Assembly: GCA_018971685.1 (NCBI GenBank)
Contig: JAGXAG010000002.1
Coordinates: 66,276-130,275 of the forward strand
DNA: 64,000 nucleotides
Direction of reading: 5' to 3'
Origin: Patescibacteria group bacterium
Lineage (GTDB): Bacteria > Patescibacteriota > Minisyncoccia > Phycocordibacterales > PALSA-1337
Below the pieces are notes generated by a model that did no database searches, had not been told where the DNA came from, and saw only the letters and a list, made by a program, of their open reading frames with translations. Both the position numbers and the translations under genes were made by a program. Positions 37,402 through 48,902 of the stretch are shown piece by piece; the stretch's first letter is position 1; the number at the start of each line of letters is the position of its first letter.

Positions 37402-38532
37402 TCATAACATATTGATGTCAGACTTCTGTAAAATATTTTTTATCAATCCAGGACCGCCAAAAATCATCCCCGTAATGAGCTGCAGCAAATCCGCTCCGGC
37501 CTTGAATTTTGCCGCGGCATCTTCTGGCGACATAACGCCGCCGGCTCCTATAATAGTGAACCGCTTGCCGTAAGTTTGCCGCGTCTTCCGGATCAATTCG
37601 TCGGACAACTTGGCGCACGGCTTGCCGGAAAGGCCGCCTTGATATTCCGGCGGCGCTTCCCCGCCGACATCGAGCGAGCCGTAATCTTTATTCAGGTTGC
37701 CGATAACGACGCCGTTGAGCCCGTACATGTCGATGATATCGAGCAAGGCCTTGAATTGGTCCCAGGCCAAATTTATCGGCATTTTGACATAGACGGGTTT
37801 GTTGCAAGGTATTTGCTTCAGTCGAGCCAACAATTTATCGAGTAGTTCCGGCGTGGCGAACGCCTCGCCACCAAAGGCGTTCGGGCACGAAATGTTGATG
37901 GTGTAATAGTCGCCGACATTTTCCTCGTTTAGTCGCCTGAATGAATAGGCGTAATCTTCGACGCCGGTTTCAACTGTCGCGGATTTTTCGTCGTTCGTGC
38001 GCGCTATCGATATTCCCACTACAAACCCAGCCTCCCCCTTCCCGCCGCAACGAAATGTCTCGCATCCGGCTTCGCTTCGTTCGACACCTGTCGCCCGCTC
38101 GGAGGCCGAGGCGGCTGTCGCATGGACTGCTTTTAAACGCTCGATTATCACATCAACGCCATCGTTCTTAAGACCTTTATTGACAACGATGCTGCGTGAC
38201 TTGGGCAACCTCTGTAGGCGCGGCTTGGGATTGCCGGCACACGGCCGCGCAGTCACCGATCCAACTTCTTCGCCGCCAAATCCGACGCATGGCAATATTC
38301 CGCACAAACGCGCATTGTAATCAAAACCGGCGGCCAGCAATACGGGTGTACGATATTTTATCCCGTCCACGGTTTTACCGATGTCTCGGCCGTTATATCC
38401 GTAAATCATATTGGTTGCGGCGCGCGTGATCTCGTGATCACCCAAAAATTCCCCGAAATTGATGAATCGGTCGTGGACAAATTCAGGGTCAAAACGGAAA
38501 AGTATCGGCTTCAACAATTTTCGGTACAACAT
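37402..38532 (-). CDS. pyrD: Dihydroorotate dehydrogenase (quinone), class 2, with a ~30-aa in-frame insertion
   Basis: An N-terminal membrane-association helix, GFGGEEVGSVTARPCAGNPKPRLQRL, NISCPN, and GGLSGKP...IIGAGGV. The segment ATAASASERATGVERSEAGCETFRCGGKGEAG sits between conserved blocks LKAVH and FVVGISIARTND. Confidence 0.85.
   Translation of the reverse strand: MLYRKLLKPILFRFDPEFVHDRFINFGEFLGDHEITRAATNMIYGYNGRDIGKTVDGIKYRTPVLLAAGFDYNARLCGILPCVGFGGEEVGSVTARPCAGNPKPRLQRLPKSRSIVVNKGLKNDGVDVIIERLKAVHATAASASERATGVERSEAGCETFRCGGKGEAGFVVGISIARTNDEKSATVETGVEDYAYSFRRLNEENVGDYYTINISCPNAFGGEAFATPELLDKLLARLKQIPCNKPVYVKMPINLAWDQFKALLDIIDMYGLNGVVIGNLNKDYGSLDVGGEAPPEYQGGLSGKPCAKLSDELIRKTRQTYGKRFTIIGAGGVMSPEDAAAKFKAGADLLQLITGMIFGGPGLIKNILQKSDINML
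38040..38130. repeat. GC-rich palindromic repeat-family copy inserted in frame in pyrD
   Basis: CCGGCTTCGCTTCGTTCGACACCTGTCGCCCGCTCGGAGGCCGAGGCGG shares TCGCTTCG(CTCG)TTCGACAC with the groES-groEL spacer copy and has a CTCGG-AGG-CCGAG hairpin. Confidence 0.5.
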
Positions 38533-38563
38533 GATGGTTAAACGCGCGACAAAACCGCCAAAA

Positions 38564-39196
38564 CTAACCTTGACGGTTATGTTCTAGAACCGCCCAGCCG
38601 TTATCGAAAACTTTCAAAGGCTTTTTGAAGATGATCGTGGCAATGTGGTAGACCGTGTAAGTGATGAAGAATGCCGCCGCCACATCGATGGAATAGTGCA
38701 AGTGTCCCATAAGCACCACCGCCCCAAAGAAGATTGAAGCGCCGATGAAGATCGCGCGCAGACGGATATCTTTCCAGAAACAAAGCGCCATCATGAACGG
38801 CATCGATGTGTGGCCGGAGAAGAACAAGTCCCCGCCGGCGCTGAAAAATCCCAAGAAATTGTATGTGATCGCCACATGCTCAGGGAACGGCCCGATATGA
38901 GTCAGTGTCACAAATACCGCGCGCGTAACCAGAAGCAATCCCAGCGCTTCCAATGCGAACGGCACTTTTTGCGGATTGCGGACCAAGACTATGATGAAAA
39001 ACAGCCACAGCATGATCGGCCCGAAGACGAAAGCGCCGTCGACATCATAGACGGGTATGTTGCTAAGCACTATGTCCGCCACCGGCGAGCTGGCTCGATC
39101 GATCGCGTAAATACTGCCGAAATAATTGGCGGTGATGCCAATGGCAAAAACAATGAGTGATATGGCGACTATCCAGAATATCTTCCGATTGCGCAT
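38564..39196 (-). CDS. PAP2-superfamily membrane phosphatase / sphingomyelin-synthase-like protein
   Basis: 6 TM segments with FSGHTS and GHLHYSIDV, which are PAP2 motifs 2 and 3. Confidence 0.55.
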   Translation of the reverse strand: MRNRKIFWIVAISLIVFAIGITANYFGSIYAIDRASSPVADIVLSNIPVYDVDGAFVFGPIMLWLFFIIVLVRNPQKVPFALEALGLLLVTRAVFVTLTHIGPFPEHVAITYNFLGFFSAGGDLFFSGHTSMPFMMALCFWKDIRLRAIFIGASIFFGAVVLMGHLHYSIDVAAAFFITYTVYHIATIIFKKPLKVFDNGWAVLEHNRQG

Positions 39197-39225
39197 GTCC
39201 GTTTTATGATATCATATATTGCGTC

Positions 39226-39825
39226 ATGCAGGAATGGCTGATACAACTGGTTACGGTGCATCCTTATGTGGTGTACGGCGTGATTATTCTGCTCGCAATT
39301 GTCGAAGGACCTGTAATATCAATGATTGGCGGCGTGTTGGTGCGCCTTGGGTATTTCGATTTTATACCCATGTATGCGGTGCTTATGGTCAGTGATGCCG
39401 TGGCAGATATGGGTTGGTACTGGATCGGCCTACGGTATGGACATGCGTTTATCAAGCGTTTCGGAAAGTATTTCAGTATCACGGAACAAGGGGTGGAAAA
39501 AGTCACTAAAATCTTCCATAGATACAAACATCACATATTGATATTCTCCAAGATAACAAATGGCTTCGGATTGGCGCTTGTCACCCTTATGACCGCTGGC
39601 ATGGTACGAATACCGTTTTGGAAATATGTCGGCTTGAACATGATTGGTCAATTCGTATGGACCGGCGTATTGATGGCCATTGGTTATTATTTGGGACATT
39701 TGTATGTTCAGATAAATACATGGTTCGGTAGGATAGGAATAGTTATGCTGTTCGTGCTTATATTAATAGGATTGGCAAGATATAGAAGCTACTTAAGAAA
39801 AAGAGTGGAGACCAGTGAATCGTGA
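39226..39825 (+). CDS. DedA / VTT-domain membrane protein
   Basis: ILLAIVEGPVISMIGGVL ... SDAVADMGWYWIGLRYG matches the DedA signature. The ATG at 39226 is preferred over the upstream extension. Confidence 0.7.
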   Translation: MQEWLIQLVTVHPYVVYGVIILLAIVEGPVISMIGGVLVRLGYFDFIPMYAVLMVSDAVADMGWYWIGLRYGHAFIKRFGKYFSITEQGVEKVTKIFHRYKHHILIFSKITNGFGLALVTLMTAGMVRIPFWKYVGLNMIGQFVWTGVLMAIGYYLGHLYVQINTWFGRIGIVMLFVLILIGLARYRSYLRKRVETSES

Positions 39826-41009
39826 TGAATAATAATCCCGACAAATCTATAAGAGTGGCAATGGTATGCGACATGATTCCAGGACAATCAGGCGGTTCGT
39901 TCGTATCTACAATAAGGTTTGCCGAGCTATTGAACAAGCGCGGACATAAAGCGATAATATTAGCCGCTAAAGATACAAGACAAGCGCCCGTAACTAAATT
40001 TTTGAATATTCCAATATACCAATTCCCTTCATTGCCAACCCCCGGATCGGAAAGGCTTTATTTCGCCTCTTTTCCAAAAGCTCGAGAACTGGAGAGTATA
40101 TTCCTAAGAGAAAATATAAATGTCGTACACACTATGTTTCCTTCTTATTCATGCTATTTAGCGGCCAAAGTGGCAAAGAGGATGGGAATACCAGTGATTT
40201 CGCATTTCCATACTCAACCGGAAAATATATTAGTATTTTTGCCGAAAATATTACGAGGTAGTTTCTTCGAAAATTTAGCGATGCGTTATTTAACTTATTT
40301 TGCGAGACGAGCTCGTGTTGTCATATCTCCTTCGGAGTTAGGGAAAAGGATTTTGACTAATTTTGACCAGTCGTTAGTAGTCGAAGTCATAAGCAACGGC
40401 ATAGATCTGTCGAGATTTAAAAAAACACCGTATGACGAGTTTGTCACCAATTTTAACCTTTCCAAAAACAGAAAATTCATATTGTTTGTCGGGCGTTTAA
40501 TGATTGAGAAAAATGTAGAGGTCCTGATCCGTGCTATTCCAAAAATCGTCGACGCGGTGCCCACTACTCATCTATTGGTAGTAGGAACAGGTCCATTAAA
40601 AAAAGATCTGGAGAAATTATGCGTTGATCTTGGAATATCCGGGCATGTAAGTTTCTTGGGGAAAATATCAGACAAAGATTTGTTAATGGCGTATAATCTC
40701 TGCGACCTATATGCTTATCCGTCTATGGTCGAATTAGAAGGCATGGTAGTCTTAGAAGCCATGGCATGCGGCAAACCTATACTTATCGCAGACTCCACCA
40801 CAAGTGCTTCCAGATTCTTTGTAAAAGGAAACGGATTTTTGTTCCATCCAAATGATACTGCAGATCTGGCAAATAAAGCGATATCTATATTAAATGATGA
40901 TAATCTTAAAGATAAAATGTCCATAGAAAGCACAAGAGAGGTGCAACTGTTTGATATAAACAAGAGTATAGATAAACTGGAGAAAGTATATAAATCCGTC
41001 ATCTCATAA
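39825..41009 (+). CDS. Glycosyltransferase family 4 (GT-B, RfaB-like)
   Basis: VGRLMIEKNVEVLIRA ... EGMVVLEAMACGKPILIAD, the E-x7-E GT4 motif. Confidence 0.8.
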   Translation: MNNNPDKSIRVAMVCDMIPGQSGGSFVSTIRFAELLNKRGHKAIILAAKDTRQAPVTKFLNIPIYQFPSLPTPGSERLYFASFPKARELESIFLRENINVVHTMFPSYSCYLAAKVAKRMGIPVISHFHTQPENILVFLPKILRGSFFENLAMRYLTYFARRARVVISPSELGKRILTNFDQSLVVEVISNGIDLSRFKKTPYDEFVTNFNLSKNRKFILFVGRLMIEKNVEVLIRAIPKIVDAVPTTHLLVVGTGPLKKDLEKLCVDLGISGHVSFLGKISDKDLLMAYNLCDLYAYPSMVELEGMVVLEAMACGKPILIADSTTSASRFFVKGNGFLFHPNDTADLANKAISILNDDNLKDKMSIESTREVQLFDINKSIDKLEKVYKSVIS

Positions 41010-41026
41010 TCAATGCATATAAACAC

Positions 41027-41737
41027 ATGAAAATCTCCGTCGTCATACCGGCACACAACGAGGAACGCGTCATCGGCGATGTCATCCGTGCTTTATTGAA
41101 GCAAGACCATTCGGATTTTGAGATCATTGTAGTCGACAACGCCAGCAGTGACCGCACGAGCGAAATTGCAAGAGAGTTTCCGATAAAAGTCGTGCATGAG
41201 CCGAAGAAGGGTCTCCTGCATGCGCGCGAGCGCGGACGCATTGAAGCGGCCGGTGAAATAATCGCCAATATTGACGCCGATTGCCTGCCGGAGCCGGATT
41301 GGCTCTCCATAGGCGCAAGCCATTTCATCGAAAATACTACAGCTGCGGTGACCGGTCCTTATGATTATCATGATGCCGAATTTTTGTTCCGCCATTCATC
41401 ATTGCTCACCCAAAAATATATTTACAGACTTGTTAGCGAAACTGTTCAATTACCATTCGTAAGAAAAGGTGCCATGCTTATAGGCGGTAACAACTTTATT
41501 CGTACATCGGTTTTGGAAAAATCCGGAGGGTACAATACCGCACTGACTTTCTACGGCGAAGATACGGATACCGCAAAACGGGTGTCAAAGCACGGCAAAA
41601 TAGTCTTCAATCCCAAACTGATCATGAAAACCTCCGCGCGCAGATTTAAAAACGACGGGGTTTTGGCGACTGAAGGCAAGTACATATTCCATTTTTTGAA
41701 ACAAACTTTCAAGAAGCCGAACTCCGTCTCGAATTGA
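41027..41737 (+). CDS. Glycosyltransferase family 2
   Basis: ISVVIPAHNEE ... IIVVDNASSD ... IDADC (DxD) GT-A signature. Confidence 0.8.
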   Translation: MKISVVIPAHNEERVIGDVIRALLKQDHSDFEIIVVDNASSDRTSEIAREFPIKVVHEPKKGLLHARERGRIEAAGEIIANIDADCLPEPDWLSIGASHFIENTTAAVTGPYDYHDAEFLFRHSSLLTQKYIYRLVSETVQLPFVRKGAMLIGGNNFIRTSVLEKSGGYNTALTFYGEDTDTAKRVSKHGKIVFNPKLIMKTSARRFKNDGVLATEGKYIFHFLKQTFKKPNSVSN

Positions 41738-41755
41738 TATTGGTTTGACACCAGA

Positions 41756-42823
41756 TCAAAAACCATTCGTACCCTCGATCAATTCGGGTTTGGTCGGTGA
41801 ATTGCTTTGCTTGGGGGGTGCGAGTGTGCTGTTTACAGCGGGAATGGTATTGGTGTTAGCGCTTATATTGGATGACGAACCGGCTGAAGCTGATGATGAA
41901 GCATTGGCGGTAGTAGTAGCGGTATTGGAGTTGCTGGACAAAGCCTGATTCAATTCATTCTGCAAATTATTCAGGTTTTGCTGAGTCTGACCAACAACCT
42001 GCTTTTGTTGCGTAATCTGCACATCGATCGTCGAGGTGCTCGCCGTATTATTGCCGGGCGATGAATTAGTCACAGGGTTCGATGTTCCATTCACGGAATT
42101 GTTGACGGGACTGCTCGGCCGACTTGCTCCCGTCGAAGTATTGGCTGAAACATTTGTTTGGATATTAGTCGCCGTATCGGTCGAAGTGCCGGTCGGAGCG
42201 ATATTGTCGAGCGTATTGACTGCGGCGTTTGTCTGCTGAACAGCCTGACTGACGGCGGCATGGTAATCGTCGATTTGCTGCTGCGTCAATCCGGAATTGT
42301 TAGGTGTCAAATTATTCACAGTCGACTGCAATTGGTCGACATATTGATGAATCTGATCGGCATAATTACGCAATTGCGTGATCGTCTTCGGATCATAATA
42401 TAACGGCTGAGAGTCTACCAGTTTCCGCCACGAATCGAGCGTATCGTTAATCTTGGCCTGAACGGCGTCGATTTTGGCTTTGACCGCCGCATTAATGTTG
42501 TCGGCGGCTTGATTTTGGAAATCGGAACTGACGGCCGTAACCGCGTCCAAAGACTGATTGAACGCTTTGGCGGCCGATAGCGAGTTGAGCTTGTCGGTTT
42601 CGGCTTGCAGTTTCGACCTGGCGGCCAAAAGATCGGCCGAGATTTGCGCGGGTGTCCGCGGCGCCGGTGCTTTGAATTTTATAGCGGCGTCGGAGACCAA
42701 GAGTTGCGCAGCATTGTCTTTATCCCTCTGCGAAATATACAAATAGGCGCCGCCCAGGATAATCGCCAAACCCAAAAATATGAACAGGTTTGAAAGCGCC
42801 GTTTCCTTCGCCGTGTTTGACAT
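41756..42823 (-). CDS. Hypothetical membrane-anchored protein with a coiled-coil and a Ser/Thr/Asn-rich low-complexity C-terminus
   Basis: N-terminal TM helix, a Q/A-rich helical region, then a long S/T/N-rich tail. No family recognised. Confidence 0.45.
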   Translation of the reverse strand: MSNTAKETALSNLFIFLGLAIILGGAYLYISQRDKDNAAQLLVSDAAIKFKAPAPRTPAQISADLLAARSKLQAETDKLNSLSAAKAFNQSLDAVTAVSSDFQNQAADNINAAVKAKIDAVQAKINDTLDSWRKLVDSQPLYYDPKTITQLRNYADQIHQYVDQLQSTVNNLTPNNSGLTQQQIDDYHAAVSQAVQQTNAAVNTLDNIAPTGTSTDTATNIQTNVSANTSTGASRPSSPVNNSVNGTSNPVTNSSPGNNTASTSTIDVQITQQKQVVGQTQQNLNNLQNELNQALSSNSNTATTTANASSSASAGSSSNISANTNTIPAVNSTLAPPKQSNSPTKPELIEGTNGF

Positions 42824-42856
42824 ACTTTCATTTTACCACACAAACTTGACCTTGGC

Positions 42857-43213
42857 TCACGCCGGACGAAAAAATTGCATCGGGTTTTTTATCATATTAA
42901 ATATTTTAAAATTATTTGACGCCCGCTTCAAAACCAATACCGCACCTATAGCCATAAACACGGTAGCGGCCTGGACAATATGCCTGGTATGGAAAAATGC
43001 CTGCCCCAGATAACTAAAATACCCGAATAGCGCCTGCTGATTGCTGGTATTTATTATAATGTCGCCAATAGATACCGTAAAATATAATACGGTTGCAAAA
43101 CCGACAAAAAGCGTGCCTTCGATAACGACCGGATTGAAAATCATTCGCATGTAGTAAATAAAACGCACGCGACGCATTACAGTTTCCTTCAGTTGTATTG
43201 ATTGGTCGGGCAT
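42857..43213 (-). CDS. Hypothetical polytopic membrane protein, possibly an anti-sigma factor partner from its position
   Basis: 118 aa with 3 predicted TM helices, immediately downstream of the ECF-like sigma gene. Confidence 0.35.
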   Translation of the reverse strand: MPDQSIQLKETVMRRVRFIYYMRMIFNPVVIEGTLFVGFATVLYFTVSIGDIIINTSNQQALFGYFSYLGQAFFHTRHIVQAATVFMAIGAVLVLKRASNNFKIFNMIKNPMQFFRPA

Positions 43214-43218
43214 GAAAA

Positions 43219-43282
43219 AATAAATCGTAAATTATAAACAATGAATTATAAACAAATCATAAATCGTAAATCGTAAATCTAT
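43219..43282. repeat. AT-rich short tandem repeats (AAATCGT three times, ATTATAAACAA twice) in the sigma/membrane-protein spacer
   Basis: Read directly from the sequence at 43222-28, 43261-67, 43268-74, 43231-41 and 43245-55. Confidence 0.5.
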
Positions 43283-43298
43283 AAAATGATACCAAAAA

Positions 43299-43928
43299 TC
43301 AAACCCTAACAACAGCCGGCACGGCATTCTGGTCAAAGTCCATGGCCGAAGCGATCTTGCGCAATTCCCTTTTGGCGCGATGGATTCGCGCGCGAATAGC
43401 TCCATTGGAAGCATGTTCTGCCGTAGCAATAGCCTTTTCCGGCAAACCTTCCAAGAAATGCATCACAACTGCTCGCCTCAACAATTCAGGCAATTTTGAG
43501 ACAAGGCTCATGACATATTCGCGCGTAAGTTTGCTGTCAAATCCCGATAGATCTTGTTCGTCCGCAACGACTTCCAGCAGCTCAGGTTCTTGCTCGAAAT
43601 ACACCGATGGCCGCATTTTATTGCGAGAATAAATGGTTTTACATTGATTCAACAAAATGGCATATCCCCACGAATTTAGCGATGCGCCTCGGCGTTTTTT
43701 GAATTTGTCGGCGGCAGCATACATCCGTACAAAAGTCTCCTGCACAGCGTCGTAAGCGTCGTCTTCGTTCCCGAGTATTGAAAGCGCCTTCCGTACGAAT
43801 GCTCTCTCGTACCTGTCCACTAATTCCGCGAAAGCGTTTGGATTCGCGGTTGAGGCGGAGAGGAGCTCTTCGTCGGAGAGCGCCTTCAGTTTGGCTTGTA
43901 ATGTTTCGGGATTAATTTTGGTTGGCAT
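43299..43928 (-). CDS. RNA polymerase sigma-70 family factor, ECF-like (regions 2 and 4)
   Basis: Region 2 (FVRKALSILGNEDDAYDAVQETFVRMY) and a region 4 HTH (LPEKAIATAEHASNGAIRARIHRAKREL). Confidence 0.75.
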   Translation of the reverse strand: MPTKINPETLQAKLKALSDEELLSASTANPNAFAELVDRYERAFVRKALSILGNEDDAYDAVQETFVRMYAAADKFKKRRGASLNSWGYAILLNQCKTIYSRNKMRPSVYFEQEPELLEVVADEQDLSGFDSKLTREYVMSLVSKLPELLRRAVVMHFLEGLPEKAIATAEHASNGAIRARIHRAKRELRKIASAMDFDQNAVPAVVRV

Positions 43929-44105
43929 GGCTTTTCTTGCTTATTTTTTCAGACGCATTCGTTATGCTCTCCTTATATTACCGGTCACTTGTTATAACTA
44001 CTTGCAACGGCATAATGTTATTTCTGATTTTTTAGCAACTTGCTTTGTTTATACGCTATTTGAATAAGACGCGGTGCATGTTAAAATCATAATGAGTAAC
44101 AGATC

Positions 44106-45089
44106 ATGCATATCATGGCCGACCAGCTAAAAAAATTCCCTGACCAATTGATGTTTGAACCTGCCATTGACAACGCAGACAAACTTACACCTGCCAAATA
44201 TTTTGTCGCCGCCGGCATGGGAGGTTCGCACTTGGCGGCTTCGCTCATCAAAGACATTGAGCATATGGATAATTTGACGATTCATTCAGATTACGGATTG
44301 CCGCACATCGACGAATACAAAAGAAAAGAGACTCTGTTTGTCGCGGTGTCCCATTCTGGCAATACCGAAGAAACTATCGGTTTTGCCAATGCGGCGCTAA
44401 AAGAAGACTTAAAGCTAGCAATAATAACCGGCGGCGGAAAGTTAAAGGAATTGGCACATGATAACAAATTGCCGTTTATCGCTCTGCCGGACAATGGCCT
44501 GCCGCCGCGTTTGTCTACAGGTTACATGGCGGCCGCATTGCTGACTTTGTTTGGCATGAATGAAAAGCTGGCCGAAATGAAGTTTGCGGCAAAATCGTTA
44601 TCTGAAAAATACCACACGATAGCGACGGAAGGGCAAAAAACAGCGGCTTTGCTGTTTGATCATATCCCTTTGGTCTACTCTTCGGAGAAAAATTTCTCTT
44701 TGGCATATTATTGGAAAATCGCCATGGACGAAACCGCTAAGGTTCCGGCCTTCGCCAACAAATTTCCGGAACTAGACCATAATGAATTGGCAGGATTCAC
44801 TTTGCCAAATTCCGGCAAACCGTATTGTCTAGTTACGATTCATGACGCGGAAGACGACGGTGAGCAAATTGAAAAAAGAATGCGACTTACCTCTAAACTA
44901 ATAGAGGAGCACGGAGCAAAAACCGTTGATATCAGACTCGAAGGCAAAAACCGGTTGGAAAAATTCTGGCGATCCGTCTATCTGGCCGTTTGTACCAGTT
45001 TCGCATTGGCAGGATTGACCGGCGTGGATCCGCTCGGCACTGAATTTATAGAGAGTTTCAAAAGTGAATTGGGCCGGCAACCTATTTGA
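44106..45089 (+). CDS. Bifunctional phosphoglucose/phosphomannose isomerase (archaeal-type PGI/PMI, SIS domain)
   Basis: Tandem SIS signatures AAGMGGSHLAA and VAVSHSGNTEET, with the overall PGI/PMI family pattern. Confidence 0.6.
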   Translation: MHIMADQLKKFPDQLMFEPAIDNADKLTPAKYFVAAGMGGSHLAASLIKDIEHMDNLTIHSDYGLPHIDEYKRKETLFVAVSHSGNTEETIGFANAALKEDLKLAIITGGGKLKELAHDNKLPFIALPDNGLPPRLSTGYMAAALLTLFGMNEKLAEMKFAAKSLSEKYHTIATEGQKTAALLFDHIPLVYSSEKNFSLAYYWKIAMDETAKVPAFANKFPELDHNELAGFTLPNSGKPYCLVTIHDAEDDGEQIEKRMRLTSKLIEEHGAKTVDIRLEGKNRLEKFWRSVYLAVCTSFALAGLTGVDPLGTEFIESFKSELGRQPI

Positions 45090-45144
45090 GGACAGCCAGA
45101 ATGTGTTCATCCGTAATCTTACAGACAATTTTTTGTTTCTGAGA

Positions 45145-46017
45145 CTATTGCGCCGTGGTCGAAGCCGGAGCTGAGGCACCGAGATTCTTATCGCTCTGTA
45201 TAATAAGCTTGATTATAGTCTGGACATCTTTGCGGACTGCTTGAAGGTCTTTGATTGCCGCTTGGATCTTGGAACGGGCATCTTTCAAAGCCGAGGTGTT
45301 AGATTGGGTAATCGTTGTATTACCTTGGTCTGGCGTCAAGGCTGCAACTTCCGTTTGGGCGGCGGCGGCCTGTGTCGAAGCATCAGAAAGTCTGGCAAGC
45401 ATGTCGGAAAGATTGGCTGCAATGGTTGTGTTGCCTGACAGGCCCGCATCGGCGGAGACGCGTGATTGGATCTTGCCCTGAATAATCTGCAAACTGTTTA
45501 CTAATGTGTTGACGCGATCTGCGGCAGAGAGGATCGATACCTGCGGCATAATCAGCATATAAATACGGTAATCAGGCGCAATGGTCTGTAGGTCCGCACG
45601 CAAGCTGGTCGTGGAATTGTCTGACTGAATCTTGGCTTCTAAATTTGTCATACTGGTAATGTCTGTCTGAATGGTAGCTGCCAGCGAAGCTTTTTCGCTG
45701 TCGGAAAGATTCTTCATTGACTGAATGCGGACGAGTAGTTTATTGAGCGCGTCAATCCGATTTTGTATCTCTTTACCGCCGTTGTTTTGGCCGTTTTGAA
45801 TGCGTCTAGTTAAAGCGGCTTGGCGCTGTTCTTGGTTCAAAGCTCGGCGAGTTGTGCTCGCATTTGCCGTTATCGTGGCATCATGCCAGCCAACCGCGGC
45901 TCCACCGGCTGCATTTGCGCCAACCTGAGCGAATGCCGACGAAACAAAAACAAACGATGCTGTGGCAGCGATCGAAACGGCCGAGATAATTGATTTATTT
46001 TTCATAGTGGTATTCAT
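45145..46017 (-). CDS. Hypothetical secreted coiled-coil protein
   Basis: Signal peptide (AFAQVGA) and repetitive helical content rich in Q/A/S/T. No family recognised. Confidence 0.45.
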   Translation of the reverse strand: MNTTMKNKSIISAVSIAATASFVFVSSAFAQVGANAAGGAAVGWHDATITANASTTRRALNQEQRQAALTRRIQNGQNNGGKEIQNRIDALNKLLVRIQSMKNLSDSEKASLAATIQTDITSMTNLEAKIQSDNSTTSLRADLQTIAPDYRIYMLIMPQVSILSAADRVNTLVNSLQIIQGKIQSRVSADAGLSGNTTIAANLSDMLARLSDASTQAAAAQTEVAALTPDQGNTTITQSNTSALKDARSKIQAAIKDLQAVRKDVQTIIKLIIQSDKNLGASAPASTTAQ

Positions 46018-46041
46018 GTAATGATTTGGTACGATTGATAA

Positions 46042-46338
46042 TTATTGCGTAACCGAAGAATTGGCGGCATCGGTATTGAGATTATTCATCTGAGTGTTGA
46101 CTGAATTCATATCGCTCTGCAATGCAGCATCTGAATTGTCAGAGGGTGATGTTGTAAGGCCGGTATCGGTACTAGTACCTTGAGGAGTAGCGGCCGCGAC
46201 TGCACCGCCTGATTGGGTTTGGTCAGATGAAGCGGCTGGAACCGTTTGGGTAGATGACGAGCCGGAGTACCATACCACGCCTATGATAATTAGAATGATT
46301 ACTATAACCGCTGTCCATATTTTAGCTGTTTTTGACAT
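46042..46338 (-). CDS. Hypothetical small membrane-anchored protein
   Basis: 98 aa with an N-terminal TM helix and an S/T/D/N-rich tail. Confidence 0.4.
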   Translation of the reverse strand: MSKTAKIWTAVIVIILIIIGVVWYSGSSSTQTVPAASSDQTQSGGAVAAATPQGTSTDTGLTTSPSDNSDAALQSDMNSVNTQMNNLNTDAANSSVTQ

Positions 46339-46383
46339 ATAATTTATTTATGGTTAATAAAATTCGAACACCTTTGCGATAAA

Positions 46384-47076
46384 TTACTTCCCTTGCGCCG
46401 GGGCCGCTTTGGTTTCGTCGGTACCGGCTGGACCGGTGACGAATGCAAATGATTTGACCATGTTTGTGAAGTCGGATTCGGTAGCAACGACGATTGCCTT
46501 GTTGTTATTGTTGGCCTGAGTAGCCTGCGAACTGGTCAAATTCTTGGACGCGGGCGAAAGCGCGATCGAAGCGAACGAGAACATGTAGCAGATATCTCCT
46601 TTCTGGAGCGAGTACATGCGGTTGTAATATTCGCGACCTTGGACAGTGTTTGACATTGAGATCGTCTTCAATGAAAGGCCGCCCACCGCAAGCGTGCTTC
46701 TGTCCTGGACCGTGGTGACCGGAGGGAATTCACAAGGGCTGGAAAGCACTTGAATATTGGCTTGCAGAGTCGCGACCGTCGAAACCTGGTTCTTATCGAT
46801 CGGAATTATAAAGTTGATGCCAGAATTGGTCTCCTCCTTTTCCCAAGCACTAGGGTATTTGACCGAGAAGCCGAGCTCGGCATTCTGGTATTCAGAGAGC
46901 GTGTTCGAAACCTTGACAGTCTCTGATACCGGCGCCGATGAAGTGCCGTTTGCCGTAGAATCAAACTCTGCCGGAGTGTTTTGGTTCGACGAACCTCCGG
47001 CCCAGATGATGGCGACAATAACCACCACTGCAATGACCGCCACGATTATGGCTGTCGATTTTTTGCCTGAATTCAT
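46384..47076 (-). CDS. Hypothetical membrane-anchored extracytoplasmic protein
   Basis: 230 aa with an N-terminal TM helix and a mixed alpha/beta ectodomain. No confident family. Confidence 0.45.
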   Translation of the reverse strand: MNSGKKSTAIIVAVIAVVVIVAIIWAGGSSNQNTPAEFDSTANGTSSAPVSETVKVSNTLSEYQNAELGFSVKYPSAWEKEETNSGINFIIPIDKNQVSTVATLQANIQVLSSPCEFPPVTTVQDRSTLAVGGLSLKTISMSNTVQGREYYNRMYSLQKGDICYMFSFASIALSPASKNLTSSQATQANNNNKAIVVATESDFTNMVKSFAFVTGPAGTDETKAAPAQGK

Positions 47077-47142
47077 TAGTTTTTGCTTATTTATTAATTG
47101 TTATTAAGCGAACAACATTATTCTACCATCTTTTACAAAATA

Positions 47143-48807
<1,665 letters not shown>

Positions 48808-48811
48808 TTAC

Positions 48812-48902
48812 ATCCGCGGCTCCCTCCTCGGCGCGACTAAGTGTCTCACATTCGCTTCGCTCGTTCGACACTTCTTGCCGCCTCGACGGTCGCCGCTGGA
48901 GT
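48812..48902. repeat. GC-rich repeat-family copy filling the groES-groEL spacer
   Basis: TTCGCTTCGCTCGTTCGACACTTCTTGCCGCCTCGACGGTCGCCGCTGG is ~85% identical over ~55 nt to window 28-84 (inside topA) and shares the TCGCTTCG..TTCGACAC core with the pyrD copy. Confidence 0.55.
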
